A stretch of 64,000 nucleotides of DNA from a bacterium (GTDB lineage Bacteria > Krumholzibacteriota > Krumholzibacteriia > G020349025). Location: contig JANLSU010000120.1 of the NCBI GenBank assembly GCA_031362565.1, positions 32,001 through 96,000 on the forward strand. The letters are read 5' to 3'. Below the pieces are notes generated by a model. The model worked only from the letters and a program-made list of their open reading frames with translations, was not told the DNA's origin and made no database searches. Position numbers and translations under genes: made by a program. This document shows, in pieces, positions 10,101 through 19,359 of the stretch (position 1 is the stretch's first letter; the number at the start of each line of letters is the position of its first letter).

Positions 10101-10141
10101 AGTTTATCAGGTCGGTGAAGGTTATGTAAGAGATTTGTTAG
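10101..10141 (-). promoter_or_regulatory. Pho-box-like triple direct repeat plus -10 element for the HlyD-VTC operon
   Basis: Minus strand reads CTAACA-aatct-CTTACA-taacc-TTCACC-gacctga-TAAACT: three hexamers at 11-bp period where the -35 would lie, followed by a -10-like TAAACT. Confidence 0.6.
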
Positions 10142-10315
10142 CGAAGTGCCCACACGCCCACGACTTGCGCGAGTCACGCATCAGTAGCGACTCGCAACGT
10201 TACGCCCCTAAAAGGTGTGCCCCCCCTTGGGTTTCCGCCCAAAGTCGGGGCAAAACACCCGCCGCGGGGGGGGCAACGTGAACGCCCCTTCACACAATCG
10301 CAAGTCTGGGCGAGG

Positions 10316-13300
10316 CTACCGGAGAGTCACGGCTGTCGCCGCCTCCTCGGTCGCCGGCTCGCGCGCGGCCGGCCCAGGCGCCGCGTGCTCCGCTTGCCCC
10401 GGCCCCTCCGCCGCCTCAAACAGCGCCGCGTCGACGCTCTCAAGCGGCAGGCCCTGGGCGGCGGCGGCCCGAAGCGCCGCCTCGTAGGCTGCCATCCGGG
10501 CCGCGACGGTGCCGCGCTTGCGGTTGTCGCGTGCCAGGTCCTCGCGGTAGCGCTTCAGGAAGTAGCCGATCGTTTCGACGCGAATGCGGATCGAGCCGGT
10601 GGGTTTGTTCTCGTCGATGTCCTTAAAGGAGAAGTACGGAGTTCCGGAGTTCTGGATCGTCTCCTCGACGACCGTGTAGATGGGTGCATCGTGCCCGCAC
10701 TTGAAGCTCGAGAGCTCGAGCGCCACCAGGTTCGGGTGACGCGCGGTGAACTTCGCTGCCCAGACCTTGCGGCTCGTGTTCTCGCTATACGAGTTCTTCC
10801 ACACGTCGGTGATTGCAAGTGGGTGCGGAATCTCACCGCGGCGCACTTCGTCCCCGAAAAGGCGCTCGAGCAAATCCTCGTCGAGCGGCAGTGAATCGCC
10901 GGTCAATACCGGGTAACCGAGCTTCTGGAATTCTTCGAGGATCTCGTGGTTGAGCCCCGGGTCGTTGTGATACGGGCGGGCAAGCACCACGATACCGATG
11001 CGGTCCTCGGCTTCCAAACGGTCCAGCACTTCGCGCGCCTGCTGGCGCATGGTGGCATCGAAGCGGATGAGGGCGGCGTAGCCGGCCTCGACGGCGCGGG
11101 TGTTTTCCTCCTCCGACAGCCCCAAGTCCGCCGCGAACTGCGCGAACAGTTGCCGCGCCAGGAGCTTGGGCTCCGACATGTTGACGAACGTGTCGTAGAA
11201 CTTGACCCCCATCTCGGCAAACAGGTTGCCTTCCTTGATGAACGCCGCTTTCACGGCCTCGGGCGTCGTAGCGACCGTCGGACACGAACGCCGCCCTTGG
11301 GTGTTCTTCAAGAACGACGTCAGACAGTCGATCATCGGGAAGAAGATGGCGTCGAGCGGCTTCGCGACGTGGTGCGTGTACAACAAATTGTGGATGTGCG
11401 GGATGCCGATCTTGCTCGGGAAGCAGGGGTCGATGGACCCACGCTTGGCGCCATCCTTGTACATCTTCTCGTTCGTGTAGTCCGACCAGACCAGGTTGGC
11501 GGGATCGAGACCCAGCGACTCGAAATAGCCCATCCAGAGCGGACCGGTCGAGTACATGTTGAGAACGCGCGGCAGGCCGATACGGTAGCTCGCCCGGGCG
11601 CGCATCTTCTCGGCGCGGTCGCGCGTTGCCTGGCGCCACGCCCGGGCCGGAATCGGGTCCGCGACGCTCGGCGACTGCTGCGGGCGGAACGCCAAGCGCG
11701 CCGCCACCTCCGACAGGTTCGGATTCGCCTTCTTGATCTCATCGAGACTCTTCTTGATGTCGCGCATCTCGGACACGTCTTCGACGGTGCCCTTTTCGCA
11801 GGTCGCAATGATGAGCCGCTGCTCGCCGGCCGGCAGGGGGATCTTGGACGCCTGCTTCTTGGCGGGCTCGTGCTCATGGGCATGCGCTTCGTGCGCCTGC
11901 TTGTGCCGCGCCTCGTCCACCGACTTCACGTCGATGAAGGTCCGCAGGCACTTGTTCTTGCAGAAGTAGCAGCGCGTTTCTTCGCTGCGATGGGTCTTGT
12001 ACTGGATCGTTTGCACGCGCCCGAGGCCGATGAAACTCGTCTGGTGGCCGTTTTCCCACAGGCGCACCGATTCCAGAGCCGCGCCAATCGCCCCGGACTC
12101 GCCGGTGTGTTCGTGCACGAAGACGTTCGGCACCAGGCCCTTGTCGCGGAAGCGGCTTTCGATGAAATCGACCTGCGCCTTGACCGCCGCCAGATTGTAC
12201 TGCGTGCCGCCTTGGAGGACGAAGTTCCGGCCGAGCTTGGCCAAGTTGGGGATCTGCGACACGTACAGCCAAATGTTCTTGGGCAGCACGTTGGCGAGCC
12301 CGGCCATGATCTCCTCGGGCGCCCATCCCTGGCGCTGGAAGTCGACGATGTCGGACTGCATGAAAACGGCGCACCCGTAACCGAATTGCGGAAACGATGT
12401 CGCCTTGAAGGCAACGTCGGCATATTCCTCGACCTTGTAGCCCAGCTGTTCGCTCGTACTCTGCAGGAAGTAGCCGTTCCCCGCCGAACACTGCGTGTTC
12501 AGCTTAAAATCGACGACGCGCCCTTGGTTCAAGATGATGATCTTGATATCCTGGCCGCCGACATCGCAAATGACATCGACGTCCTTGTAGAAATGCAGCG
12601 CCGACTGCGTATGCGCGACGGTTTCCACGAGCGCCACATCAGCAGCCAAAACGTCCTTCAGGATGTCCTTCGCATAACCGGTCGTCCCGACGCCCAACAC
12701 TTCGAGGCTGGCACCCTGCGATTCCACTTGCCGGCGCAGGTCGGTGAACATGTCGATGGTGTCCTGAATCGGATTGCCCTTGGACAGTTGGTACGTCTTG
12801 GCGAGCACCTTCTTGTCCTTGGAGAGCAAGACCGCTTTCGTGGAAGTCGATCCACCGTCGACGCCAACAAAACCCTCGACGGTCGAGCCCGGCCGGAACG
12901 TTGTCGTCTCCCAATGCTTGCGCTTGAAACGCTCTTTGAACGCCGCGAGCTCTTCCGGTGACTTCGTGAGCCCGCCGCCCGCCGACTTCTTGGCTTTCTC
13001 TTCGACCCGTCCGACCGTGATGTAGCGCTCGAGTTCCGCGTACCCCTTGTACGTGCCGATCTCCGGCTCTTCGCTGCGGCCGAATTCGATCGCACCGATG
13101 CAAGCGAAGTACTGGCCGTTCTCGGGCACTTTGATGAGCGATGCCGGATCGACGCCTTCGGGGAGCGGCACCTTGCGTTCTTCCCAAATCTTGGGAATGT
13201 TGGTGCGCCAGGCTTCCTGCATGCCGCGAATGTAGGTGTTGGGTCCGCCGAGCAAGAGGACGTCGGGCATGAGCGTATGGCCACGCGTCAAAACCGAGAG

Positions 13301-14071
13301 ATTCTGCTGCACGATCGACTCGAAGAGCGACGCCATCAACTGGTCGTTCGGAACGCCCGTCTTCTGCAACCCATTGATGTCGGTTTCGGCGAACACGCCG
13401 CACTTGCCCGCCACCGGGTGCAAGCGCACGCCAACATAGCCCTGCTGGCACAGCTCGTCGGGCGGAATGCGCAGCTTGGCGTTGATCTTGTCGATGACCG
13501 CACCAGTGCCACCGGCGCACTTGTCGTTCATGCTCGGGATCTTCTTTTTCTTGCCGGACGATTCATCCGACTTGAAAACGATGATCTTGGCGTCCTGGCC
13601 GCCGAGTTCAACGACCGAGTTGCAGGAGGGGTACAGCTTTTCGACCGCCAAGCTGACGGCAGTCACCTCTTGCACGAACTTGGCGCCCAAGTAACGGCAG
13701 AGTCCCGAAGCGCCGGACCCGGTCGCGAACATGCGGACGTGCGGCCCGGGCTGCAAACCGAGGTCCGCCTCAATCTTGCGCAGCATTTCGAGGACTTTTT
13801 CCGGCTGCTTTGTTTCGTGGCGCTGATAGTCCTGCCACAGGACCGCATCGGTCGCGGCGTCGACAACCACCGCTTTGACGGTGGTCGAGCCGACGTCGAG
13901 GCCGATCATGCGTGGCAATCCAGGCGGCGCGCTGGGATCGAGGTACGCTGCGGCCTCCCGGGATCCTTCCCCGCCGGGAGGGCGCGAACCGTTGCCCAGC
14001 GCGCCGGAGCCGTTGCCGTTACCGTTGCCGTTGCCGCCACGCGGCGGCATGATGAATCGAACTTCGGTCAT
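10316..14071 (-). CDS. BadF/BadG/BcrA/BcrD-type CoA-substrate enzyme activase (two ASKHA ATPase domains plus DUF2229-like domain)
   Basis: 'GLDVGSTTVK', 'ELGGQDAK', 'MNDKCAGGTG', second 'GVDGGSTSTK', 'DVGGQDIK', 'QCSAGNG', 'CFPSK', 'SFKCGHD'. Start ATG 14071 with GGAGG. Confidence 0.88.
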   Translation of the reverse strand: MTEVRFIMPPRGGNGNGNGNGSGALGNGSRPPGGEGSREAAAYLDPSAPPGLPRMIGLDVGSTTVKAVVVDAATDAVLWQDYQRHETKQPEKVLEMLRKIEADLGLQPGPHVRMFATGSGASGLCRYLGAKFVQEVTAVSLAVEKLYPSCNSVVELGGQDAKIIVFKSDESSGKKKKIPSMNDKCAGGTGAVIDKINAKLRIPPDELCQQGYVGVRLHPVAGKCGVFAETDINGLQKTGVPNDQLMASLFESIVQQNLSVLTRGHTLMPDVLLLGGPNTYIRGMQEAWRTNIPKIWEERKVPLPEGVDPASLIKVPENGQYFACIGAIEFGRSEEPEIGTYKGYAELERYITVGRVEEKAKKSAGGGLTKSPEELAAFKERFKRKHWETTTFRPGSTVEGFVGVDGGSTSTKAVLLSKDKKVLAKTYQLSKGNPIQDTIDMFTDLRRQVESQGASLEVLGVGTTGYAKDILKDVLAADVALVETVAHTQSALHFYKDVDVICDVGGQDIKIIILNQGRVVDFKLNTQCSAGNGYFLQSTSEQLGYKVEEYADVAFKATSFPQFGYGCAVFMQSDIVDFQRQGWAPEEIMAGLANVLPKNIWLYVSQIPNLAKLGRNFVLQGGTQYNLAAVKAQVDFIESRFRDKGLVPNVFVHEHTGESGAIGAALESVRLWENGHQTSFIGLGRVQTIQYKTHRSEETRCYFCKNKCLRTFIDVKSVDEARHKQAHEAHAHEHEPAKKQASKIPLPAGEQRLIIATCEKGTVEDVSEMRDIKKSLDEIKKANPNLSEVAARLAFRPQQSPSVADPIPARAWRQATRDRAEKMRARASYRIGLPRVLNMYSTGPLWMGYFESLGLDPANLVWSDYTNEKMYKDGAKRGSIDPCFPSKIGIPHIHNLLYTHHVAKPLDAIFFPMIDCLTSFLKNTQGRRSCPTVATTPEAVKAAFIKEGNLFAEMGVKFYDTFVNMSEPKLLARQLFAQFAADLGLSEEENTRAVEAGYAALIRFDATMRQQAREVLDRLEAEDRIGIVVLARPYHNDPGLNHEILEEFQKLGYPVLTGDSLPLDEDLLERLFGDEVRRGEIPHPLAITDVWKNSYSENTSRKVWAAKFTARHPNLVALELSSFKCGHDAPIYTVVEETIQNSGTPYFSFKDIDENKPTGSIRIRVETIGYFLKRYREDLARDNRKRGTVAARMAAYEAALRAAAAQGLPLESVDAALFEAAEGPGQAEHAAPGPAAREPATEEAATAVTLR

Positions 14072-14084
14072 CGATGCCTCCGGC

Positions 14085-15881
14085 TCAGTGTGCGGCTGCC
14101 AACTCTGCGACCGGTGTCGCATTCCCACGTTCGCGGCGCATCGTTTCGGCAACGTGCAGGACGAAGTTCGACCCCTTACTGATGAAGCCCTTGTACTTGG
14201 GCACCGGCCGCAGCGGGTTCTGGAACTCCGGATGCGCGCCGAGCCACGCCTTGATCTCGTCGAGCGGCACGCCGCCGGTGGCCAAGGCGCGCGCGTACTC
14301 GTCCTTGGCCTTGAACTTGGCCTCGCCGAGCGCCATTTGCACCCGGCTGTGGGCATTGATCTCGCCCTCGCCCGAAGTCTCGACCGGCAGATAGATGAGA
14401 TCCTTGAAGTGCGAGGTCACGGCCGACTGCGCGCCATCCGACTGCGTCGACGGCATGCAACCGAAGGGCTTCAGCGACAGCACCATGTGCGCCAGTTCAT
14501 GATTCGTGTAGTAGATGGCCTTGGCGACTTCGAGATGCCCTTCGCCGCCGCCGGCACGCGAGTTGTAGAACGGATGTCCGGAGCGCGTCAGCTCGGGCTG
14601 GTCGGCAAGCCCGTGGCACGTGTGGCCGAGGGCCGCCCGCATCCGGTCGTATTCGCGCCGGAAGATGACTTCGACGAAGTTGAGGCGCTGGACGCGCTTC
14701 CGCCAATTCACCTCGCGTTGCAACTGCTTGTCGAGCCGCCACGCCGCCGGCTCCGCCACGCCTTCTTCCAGGCCACGCCGGTCGCGGATCTTCTGCCGCG
14801 CCTGGTGCGTCATGTAGTTGATCCAGGTCGCAATCGGCTCCACCAGGACTTCGGCGCCCTCCTGCTGCAGGAAGCGGAACATGTTGAAGTTGCCATCGCC
14901 CTCGGTCGTCTGCGCCCAGAACTCCCCGGTGATCTTGACGATCGGTTTGCAGCGCGTGTAGTCGACCGGGATCTGCTCGAACCGGCGCCGCACATCTTCC
15001 AGCGCATCGGTGTAGTAGTTCGTCCGCAACTGATCCACGAACTTGACCATCAAGTTGGCGGTCGCCTTTTGGCCCGTCTTGGCGAGGAAGCCCTCGAGCG
15101 CGCCCTCGACACCCGGATTCTTTCGGTCGCGCATGGTGTCGACCAAGTACTGCATCGACTCCTCGAGCACTTTGTCCGTTTGCCCCGGATTCAGCTCGTA
15201 GGGGCGGATTTGATACGCCAGCTCGTTGATGAGATCGCCCGTCATCATGGAATTCAGCATGCCGAGAAAGAAATCGAGGTTCATGTCGAGGCCTTGCTCG
15301 GCCTCCGACTGCGTCAAACCGCCGGACTGTTGGAAGAGCATGACGCGGAAGCCCTCGAAACCCGAATTGCGGAGCGCCAGCCGGAATTCGGCCTCGTACA
15401 TGCCAAAGCGGCACGGCCCGCACGCCCCGGCCGTCAAGAACACATAGTTATCGACGATCTCCTGCGCCGACAGGCCTTCCTCGTCGCGCTTCCGCTGCAG
15501 GAACTGCACGAGGCTGCCGACCGTGAAGTACGTCGGGTTGCACTGCCCGTTGTTGCCGTACTCCTTGCCGAGCTGGAACGCCTTCACGTCGGGCGACGGC
15601 ACGACTTCGCACTTGTATCCCAGGCCTTCCCAGGCGCCGCGAATGAGGTTGTCGTGCTTCCACGTCAACCCGCCGAAGACGAGCGTCGTGTGGTCGCGAT
15701 CGGCGCGCGTGAAGCCGCGCTCGACGGGGCGTTTGAATGTTTCCCGCGGGGTGTTTTCAATCCCGGCTTCGGCTTCGAGCCGCGCGCGCGCGGCGGCGAC
15801 GCGGTCGCGAATCGCATCTTCGGTCGGGGCGATTGGAATGCGCACTGCCGACGCGCCTTGCGGAGTCCGGTCGGAGATCAT
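14085..15881 (-). CDS. 2-hydroxyacyl-CoA dehydratase-like Fe-S partner subunit of the activase
   Basis: 'GKEYGNNGQCNPTYFTVG', 'AGACGPCRFGMY', 'KITGEFW', 'GGEGHLEV', 'KPFGCMPS'. Lies 13 bp from the activase gene. Confidence 0.8.
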   Translation of the reverse strand: MISDRTPQGASAVRIPIAPTEDAIRDRVAAARARLEAEAGIENTPRETFKRPVERGFTRADRDHTTLVFGGLTWKHDNLIRGAWEGLGYKCEVVPSPDVKAFQLGKEYGNNGQCNPTYFTVGSLVQFLQRKRDEEGLSAQEIVDNYVFLTAGACGPCRFGMYEAEFRLALRNSGFEGFRVMLFQQSGGLTQSEAEQGLDMNLDFFLGMLNSMMTGDLINELAYQIRPYELNPGQTDKVLEESMQYLVDTMRDRKNPGVEGALEGFLAKTGQKATANLMVKFVDQLRTNYYTDALEDVRRRFEQIPVDYTRCKPIVKITGEFWAQTTEGDGNFNMFRFLQQEGAEVLVEPIATWINYMTHQARQKIRDRRGLEEGVAEPAAWRLDKQLQREVNWRKRVQRLNFVEVIFRREYDRMRAALGHTCHGLADQPELTRSGHPFYNSRAGGGEGHLEVAKAIYYTNHELAHMVLSLKPFGCMPSTQSDGAQSAVTSHFKDLIYLPVETSGEGEINAHSRVQMALGEAKFKAKDEYARALATGGVPLDEIKAWLGAHPEFQNPLRPVPKYKGFISKGSNFVLHVAETMRRERGNATPVAELAAAH

Positions 15882-16091
15882 GTGCAGTACCTCGCAGGAG
15901 GGGGCGTTTCCCGGTGCGACCCGGGGGGTCGAGATCCTCGTGGCGCCAAATCTAGAAGGCGCCCTTGGTTCAATTCCACGCCACAGCAGGGTTTCCAGCG
16001 AGCGGTCGGTGGGGCCCCCTCAACGGTCTGGAAGGTCCGCTGACGGACTCGAATGTTTACTTTTTGGTGCGGTTTTAGGGGCCGGCGGCGA

Positions 16092-17534
16092 TCAGAGATC
16101 GATTTCGAGCGCCAGCCCGGCGTTCCAACCGTCCATGTCGAAGGTGTAACGCGGCCCGTTGAGAACGAGGAAAGGATGTGGGATGCGCCAGATTTCGATA
16201 TTCGGCGCACTCGCGGGCAGGAGTTTGTACTTGAGCAAGCGGTACGCGCCGTTGACGGTGACTCGGAAGTGACGCGATGGAATCCGCAGCACGTCGATGC
16301 CGCCGCCGGCCACGAAGCCGAGGTTCGTGCGCTCGAAGGCGGTGTGTTCCACGCCGTCGCGGACGATGCGCGCCGAGATTGGAAACGCTCCGGCTCCCAA
16401 ACGCAGATTCGGTTTGAGGCGCGACGCGACGCGCGGCCGGTACATCACTTCGCCGGTCACCTTGTGCAGTGTCGTCCGAAACACCGCATTGCCGTCCGGG
16501 CCATCGAAGGTGTTGCGAATCTGTCCGTACTCGAAGAGCAGGCTAAGTTCCGAGCCCAGGCTGACGGGGGCGCCAACGCGCACCCCGATGGCGCCCGCCC
16601 AGTTGCCGGAGTTGCTCGTTTGCAGCAGCGTTTCCTGCGGCAGGAACGCCTGAATACGGCCCGCCTGGCCTTCGAGGATCACGCTCAGGCGCGGCTCGGG
16701 AGCCAGCAGTTCGGCGCGGACACGTGCGGCGCCGGTCTGCGCAGCGATGTAGGTCGTGACCGCGGTGTCGAAATCGGCGTCACTGGCGCGACGCCCGGGA
16801 TCGCGGACGATTTGCAGCAGCGCCCGCCGCGAACGTTCTTCGGCTTCGATGTAATCGTTGTGCGCCAGGCGTTCCTGCGCCGCCGCAAGTTCACCTTGGG
16901 GCGCGGGCCCAATCAGAACGCGCTGTTCGGTCGCCTGCGCGACTTCGATGAGGGCCGCTTCGCTGCCGCCCGGCAATGGATTCGCAAACCGGATCCACGC
17001 CGCGTCGTCCGTCCCGCTTGTTCCGGCGCCCGAAACGAGTAGCACTCCCGCACCTGCGTTCACGAGCGTGGCGTGATTCGCAAGCATGACGGCCAAGCGC
17101 ATCGCGGTGCGTTCGGTTGGCGGCAGAACGACAAATTCCTCCAGTGTCCGCCGTCCCAGGATGGCCGGCGTCAGAACGGGTCGTTGGCCGGCGACATTGC
17201 GCCACACGGTCCAGGTCGCGGACGTGCCGGCGGACGCTGCATCGCCGCGCCAATCGTCGCTCCCCAGCCTTTGTCCGTCGGCGGCGAGGATGACATCGTC
17301 GACGCGGAATCCGATGGTGCCGAGCGCCGGGCTCGCGACGACGATCCGCACCCCAAGCTCGCCCGCGGCAGCGGCATCGGCCACGGTCGACGGCGGAAAG
17401 AGATCGGGGTAGGCGGCCGCGAGACGCGCCGCGGGTGACGCCGGTACACCGGCGACACCGGTTCCAGCGACTGCAAGCGGCGCAACAACCAGGGCGAAGA
17501 CCCAAAGCGCCACGGCGAGGGTGCGATTCAACAT
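16092..17534 (-). CDS. Secreted/outer-membrane protein: PDZ-like N-terminus, helical middle, C-terminal beta-barrel
   Basis: Signal peptide, 'SPALGTIGFRVDDVILAADG' PDZ-like motif, amphipathic strands ending 'GWNAGLALEIDL'. Confidence 0.6.
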   Translation of the reverse strand: MLNRTLAVALWVFALVVAPLAVAGTGVAGVPASPAARLAAAYPDLFPPSTVADAAAAGELGVRIVVASPALGTIGFRVDDVILAADGQRLGSDDWRGDAASAGTSATWTVWRNVAGQRPVLTPAILGRRTLEEFVVLPPTERTAMRLAVMLANHATLVNAGAGVLLVSGAGTSGTDDAAWIRFANPLPGGSEAALIEVAQATEQRVLIGPAPQGELAAAQERLAHNDYIEAEERSRRALLQIVRDPGRRASDADFDTAVTTYIAAQTGAARVRAELLAPEPRLSVILEGQAGRIQAFLPQETLLQTSNSGNWAGAIGVRVGAPVSLGSELSLLFEYGQIRNTFDGPDGNAVFRTTLHKVTGEVMYRPRVASRLKPNLRLGAGAFPISARIVRDGVEHTAFERTNLGFVAGGGIDVLRIPSRHFRVTVNGAYRLLKYKLLPASAPNIEIWRIPHPFLVLNGPRYTFDMDGWNAGLALEIDL

Positions 17535-17583
17535 GCAGGCAATATGGCGGATCCGCGCGGGGCAGGCAAGAGCTTGGCGGCGG

Positions 17584-18579
17584 TCACGCCTGGCGCAGGT
17601 GGGCCCGGAATTTGTCGCGCAGGATCTCGGCGCCGACTTGCCACTTGTGCTCCTGAATTTGCGCCTTGCCGGTGCAAATGAGCCAGCACTTGTCGCAGTG
17701 CGCCGCCACTTCGCGCGCCATGTCGGCCTCGTGCGAGGCCCACAGTTCGTCCCACGGCGTCTCGAGCAAATTGCCGATCTTCACGCTCAGGATGTGGCAC
17801 AAGAAGATGTTGGCGTGCGAATCCATGTAGAAGAACCCCGAGCCGCCGTCACACGCGAACGGCCGCTTGTTCGACTCGTGGTATTCGAGCATGGTGCGGT
17901 TGAACCAACCGCGAAAGTTCTCCTTGAGATCCCACTTGCGGAGCTGTGCATTGATGACGTGCGAGAACGCCTGGCGCACCGCGTGCGAACTCTGCGGCCG
18001 CATCGATTCCTTGCCGGCCCCGAAGTAGATCGCCGAATCGGTGGCGATGGTGATCGACAACTGCAGGCCGCGCTCTTCGGCGAAACGATGCACGCCTTCC
18101 AACTCGTGAACGTTCTGCTCGAGGAGCGTGAAGCCGATTCCCAAGTCGTCGATGCCGGCGGCGCGGCAGATCTCGAGCGTCTGCACGCATTTCTTGAAGC
18201 CGCCCGGAATACCGCGCACCTTGTCGTGCGTGCCGTCCAGACCGTCGATCGAAACCCGGAGCGCCACCTTGGGGTCGACCGCCAGGATCGCCGGCAGGAA
18301 TTCCTTGGTGCGCGCCGGCTGAAAGCCATTCGTCGAAATGACCAGGCGGGCGCCCGGATTCGTGCTCTTGATGGCCGCCAGGATGTCCGGCAAGTCCTTG
18401 CGCAGGAAGGGCTCGCCGCCGCTGATGTTGACGTCGCGCAGGCTCGTGGGCAGGCGCGCAAAGAGCTCCGGCCCGGCCTCGCCGTGCATATCGTTCTGCC
18501 AAATATCGCACATCGTACACCGGGCGTTGCAGTTGAGCGTCACGGCGATGATGGCGTTGTGCGGCTGCGGGATGGACAT
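17584..18579 (-). CDS. Radical SAM protein with SPASM/twitch-like C-terminal cysteines
   Basis: CNARCTMC (CX3CX2C), 'ISGGEPFLRKDL', 'ISTNG', 'VSIDG', later C..G...FLC and CDKCWLIC. Confidence 0.9.
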   Translation of the reverse strand: MSIPQPHNAIIAVTLNCNARCTMCDIWQNDMHGEAGPELFARLPTSLRDVNISGGEPFLRKDLPDILAAIKSTNPGARLVISTNGFQPARTKEFLPAILAVDPKVALRVSIDGLDGTHDKVRGIPGGFKKCVQTLEICRAAGIDDLGIGFTLLEQNVHELEGVHRFAEERGLQLSITIATDSAIYFGAGKESMRPQSSHAVRQAFSHVINAQLRKWDLKENFRGWFNRTMLEYHESNKRPFACDGGSGFFYMDSHANIFLCHILSVKIGNLLETPWDELWASHEADMAREVAAHCDKCWLICTGKAQIQEHKWQVGAEILRDKFRAHLRQA

Positions 18580-18776
18580 TGCGCCCTTCGGGCTCCTTGG
18601 ACGGCCGGCACGGGGGGGGCCGGCGCACCCTTCAATAGTAACACTTTCGTTGAACCGGTGTTTCGGGACCGGTTACAATCGTTGAAACGACGCGATGTTA
18701 AGGACCAAACGTCCACCGGCATGGCGTCGTTCGGCTCGTGAGGTTCTTGAAGTTGTTCGTACGAAAGGCAGTACCC

Positions 18777-19262
18777 ATGCGCATTGCGCTTCGAATCGCC
18801 GGCGTCGCGGCAGTCCTGGCCCTCTCGGCCTCCGCCGCCTTCGCCGAGGTCATCCCGTTCCTGGCCACCCTGTCGGGGGCGGACGAGACCCCCGCCAACG
18901 CGTCGACGGGCGGCGGGGTGGCCGTCTTCGCCATGGACACGGACGCCAATACGCTCACCTACGTCATCAATTACGCCAACCTGGGGGGAACCGAGTCGGC
19001 GGCTCACATTCACGGCTTCACAACGCCAGGCCTGAGCGCGAGCCCCGTCCACACCCTGCCGGCCACTGCAGGTTTCAAGACCGGGCAGTGGACCTATCCG
19101 CAAGGCAACGAAGCCCAGATCATCGCCGGGCTCACGTATGTCAACATTCACACGTCCTCGTTCCCGAACGGCGAGATTCGCGGCCAGATCCTGCGGACCG
19201 ACGTCGCCGTCGACCAGAAGACCTGGAGCGGAGTGAAGGGGCTGTACGGCGCCGGGCGCTGA
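18777..19262 (+). CDS. Secreted CHRD-domain protein with C-terminal TW..VK.LY tail
   Basis: Signal peptide ...SASAAFA, 'LSGADETP', 'AAHIH', 'YVNIHTSSFPNGEIRGQI'. Confidence 0.9.
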   Translation: MRIALRIAGVAAVLALSASAAFAEVIPFLATLSGADETPANASTGGGVAVFAMDTDANTLTYVINYANLGGTESAAHIHGFTTPGLSASPVHTLPATAGFKTGQWTYPQGNEAQIIAGLTYVNIHTSSFPNGEIRGQILRTDVAVDQKTWSGVKGLYGAGR

Positions 19263-19296
19263 TTCCTGCGTGATTTGACGCAGCGCTGCAACGACA

Positions 19297-19327
19297 ACGG
19301 GCTCCCGGCGGAAAACCGGGAGCCCGT
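19297..19327. terminator. Stem-loop between convergent genes (likely terminator)
   Basis: Perfect 12-bp stem ACGGGCTCCCGG / CCGGGAGCCCGT with 7-nt loop. Confidence 0.7.
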
Positions 19328-19359
19328 CTTGCTTTCGGCTGGCTGATTGGCATCGCGCC

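Noticed and set aside
10218..10275. C-run/G-run inverted repeat downstream of the activase gene
   Set aside because: Long irregular loop and no U-tract, so it cannot be called a terminator or RNA gene.
10946..12961. Long antisense ORFs (also 13875..16043, 33644..35407, 36908..39118, 42741..44813, 49130..51355)
   Set aside because: They mirror well-supported genes on the opposite strand and carry no recognisable motifs. Such shadows are expected in high-GC DNA.
14010..14037. Short GCCGTT/ACCGTT tandem repeat
   Set aside because: It simply encodes the Gly-Asn linker of the activase and is not a CRISPR or phase-variation tract.
15940..15990. GGTTCAATTCC resembling a tRNA T-loop
   Set aside because: No complete T-stem, acceptor stem or D-arm can be formed.
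17584..19262. rSAM/SPASM as a RiPP maturase with the CHRD gene as partner
   Set aside because: No precursor peptide, PqqD/RRE domain or transporter seen, and the genes are divergent.
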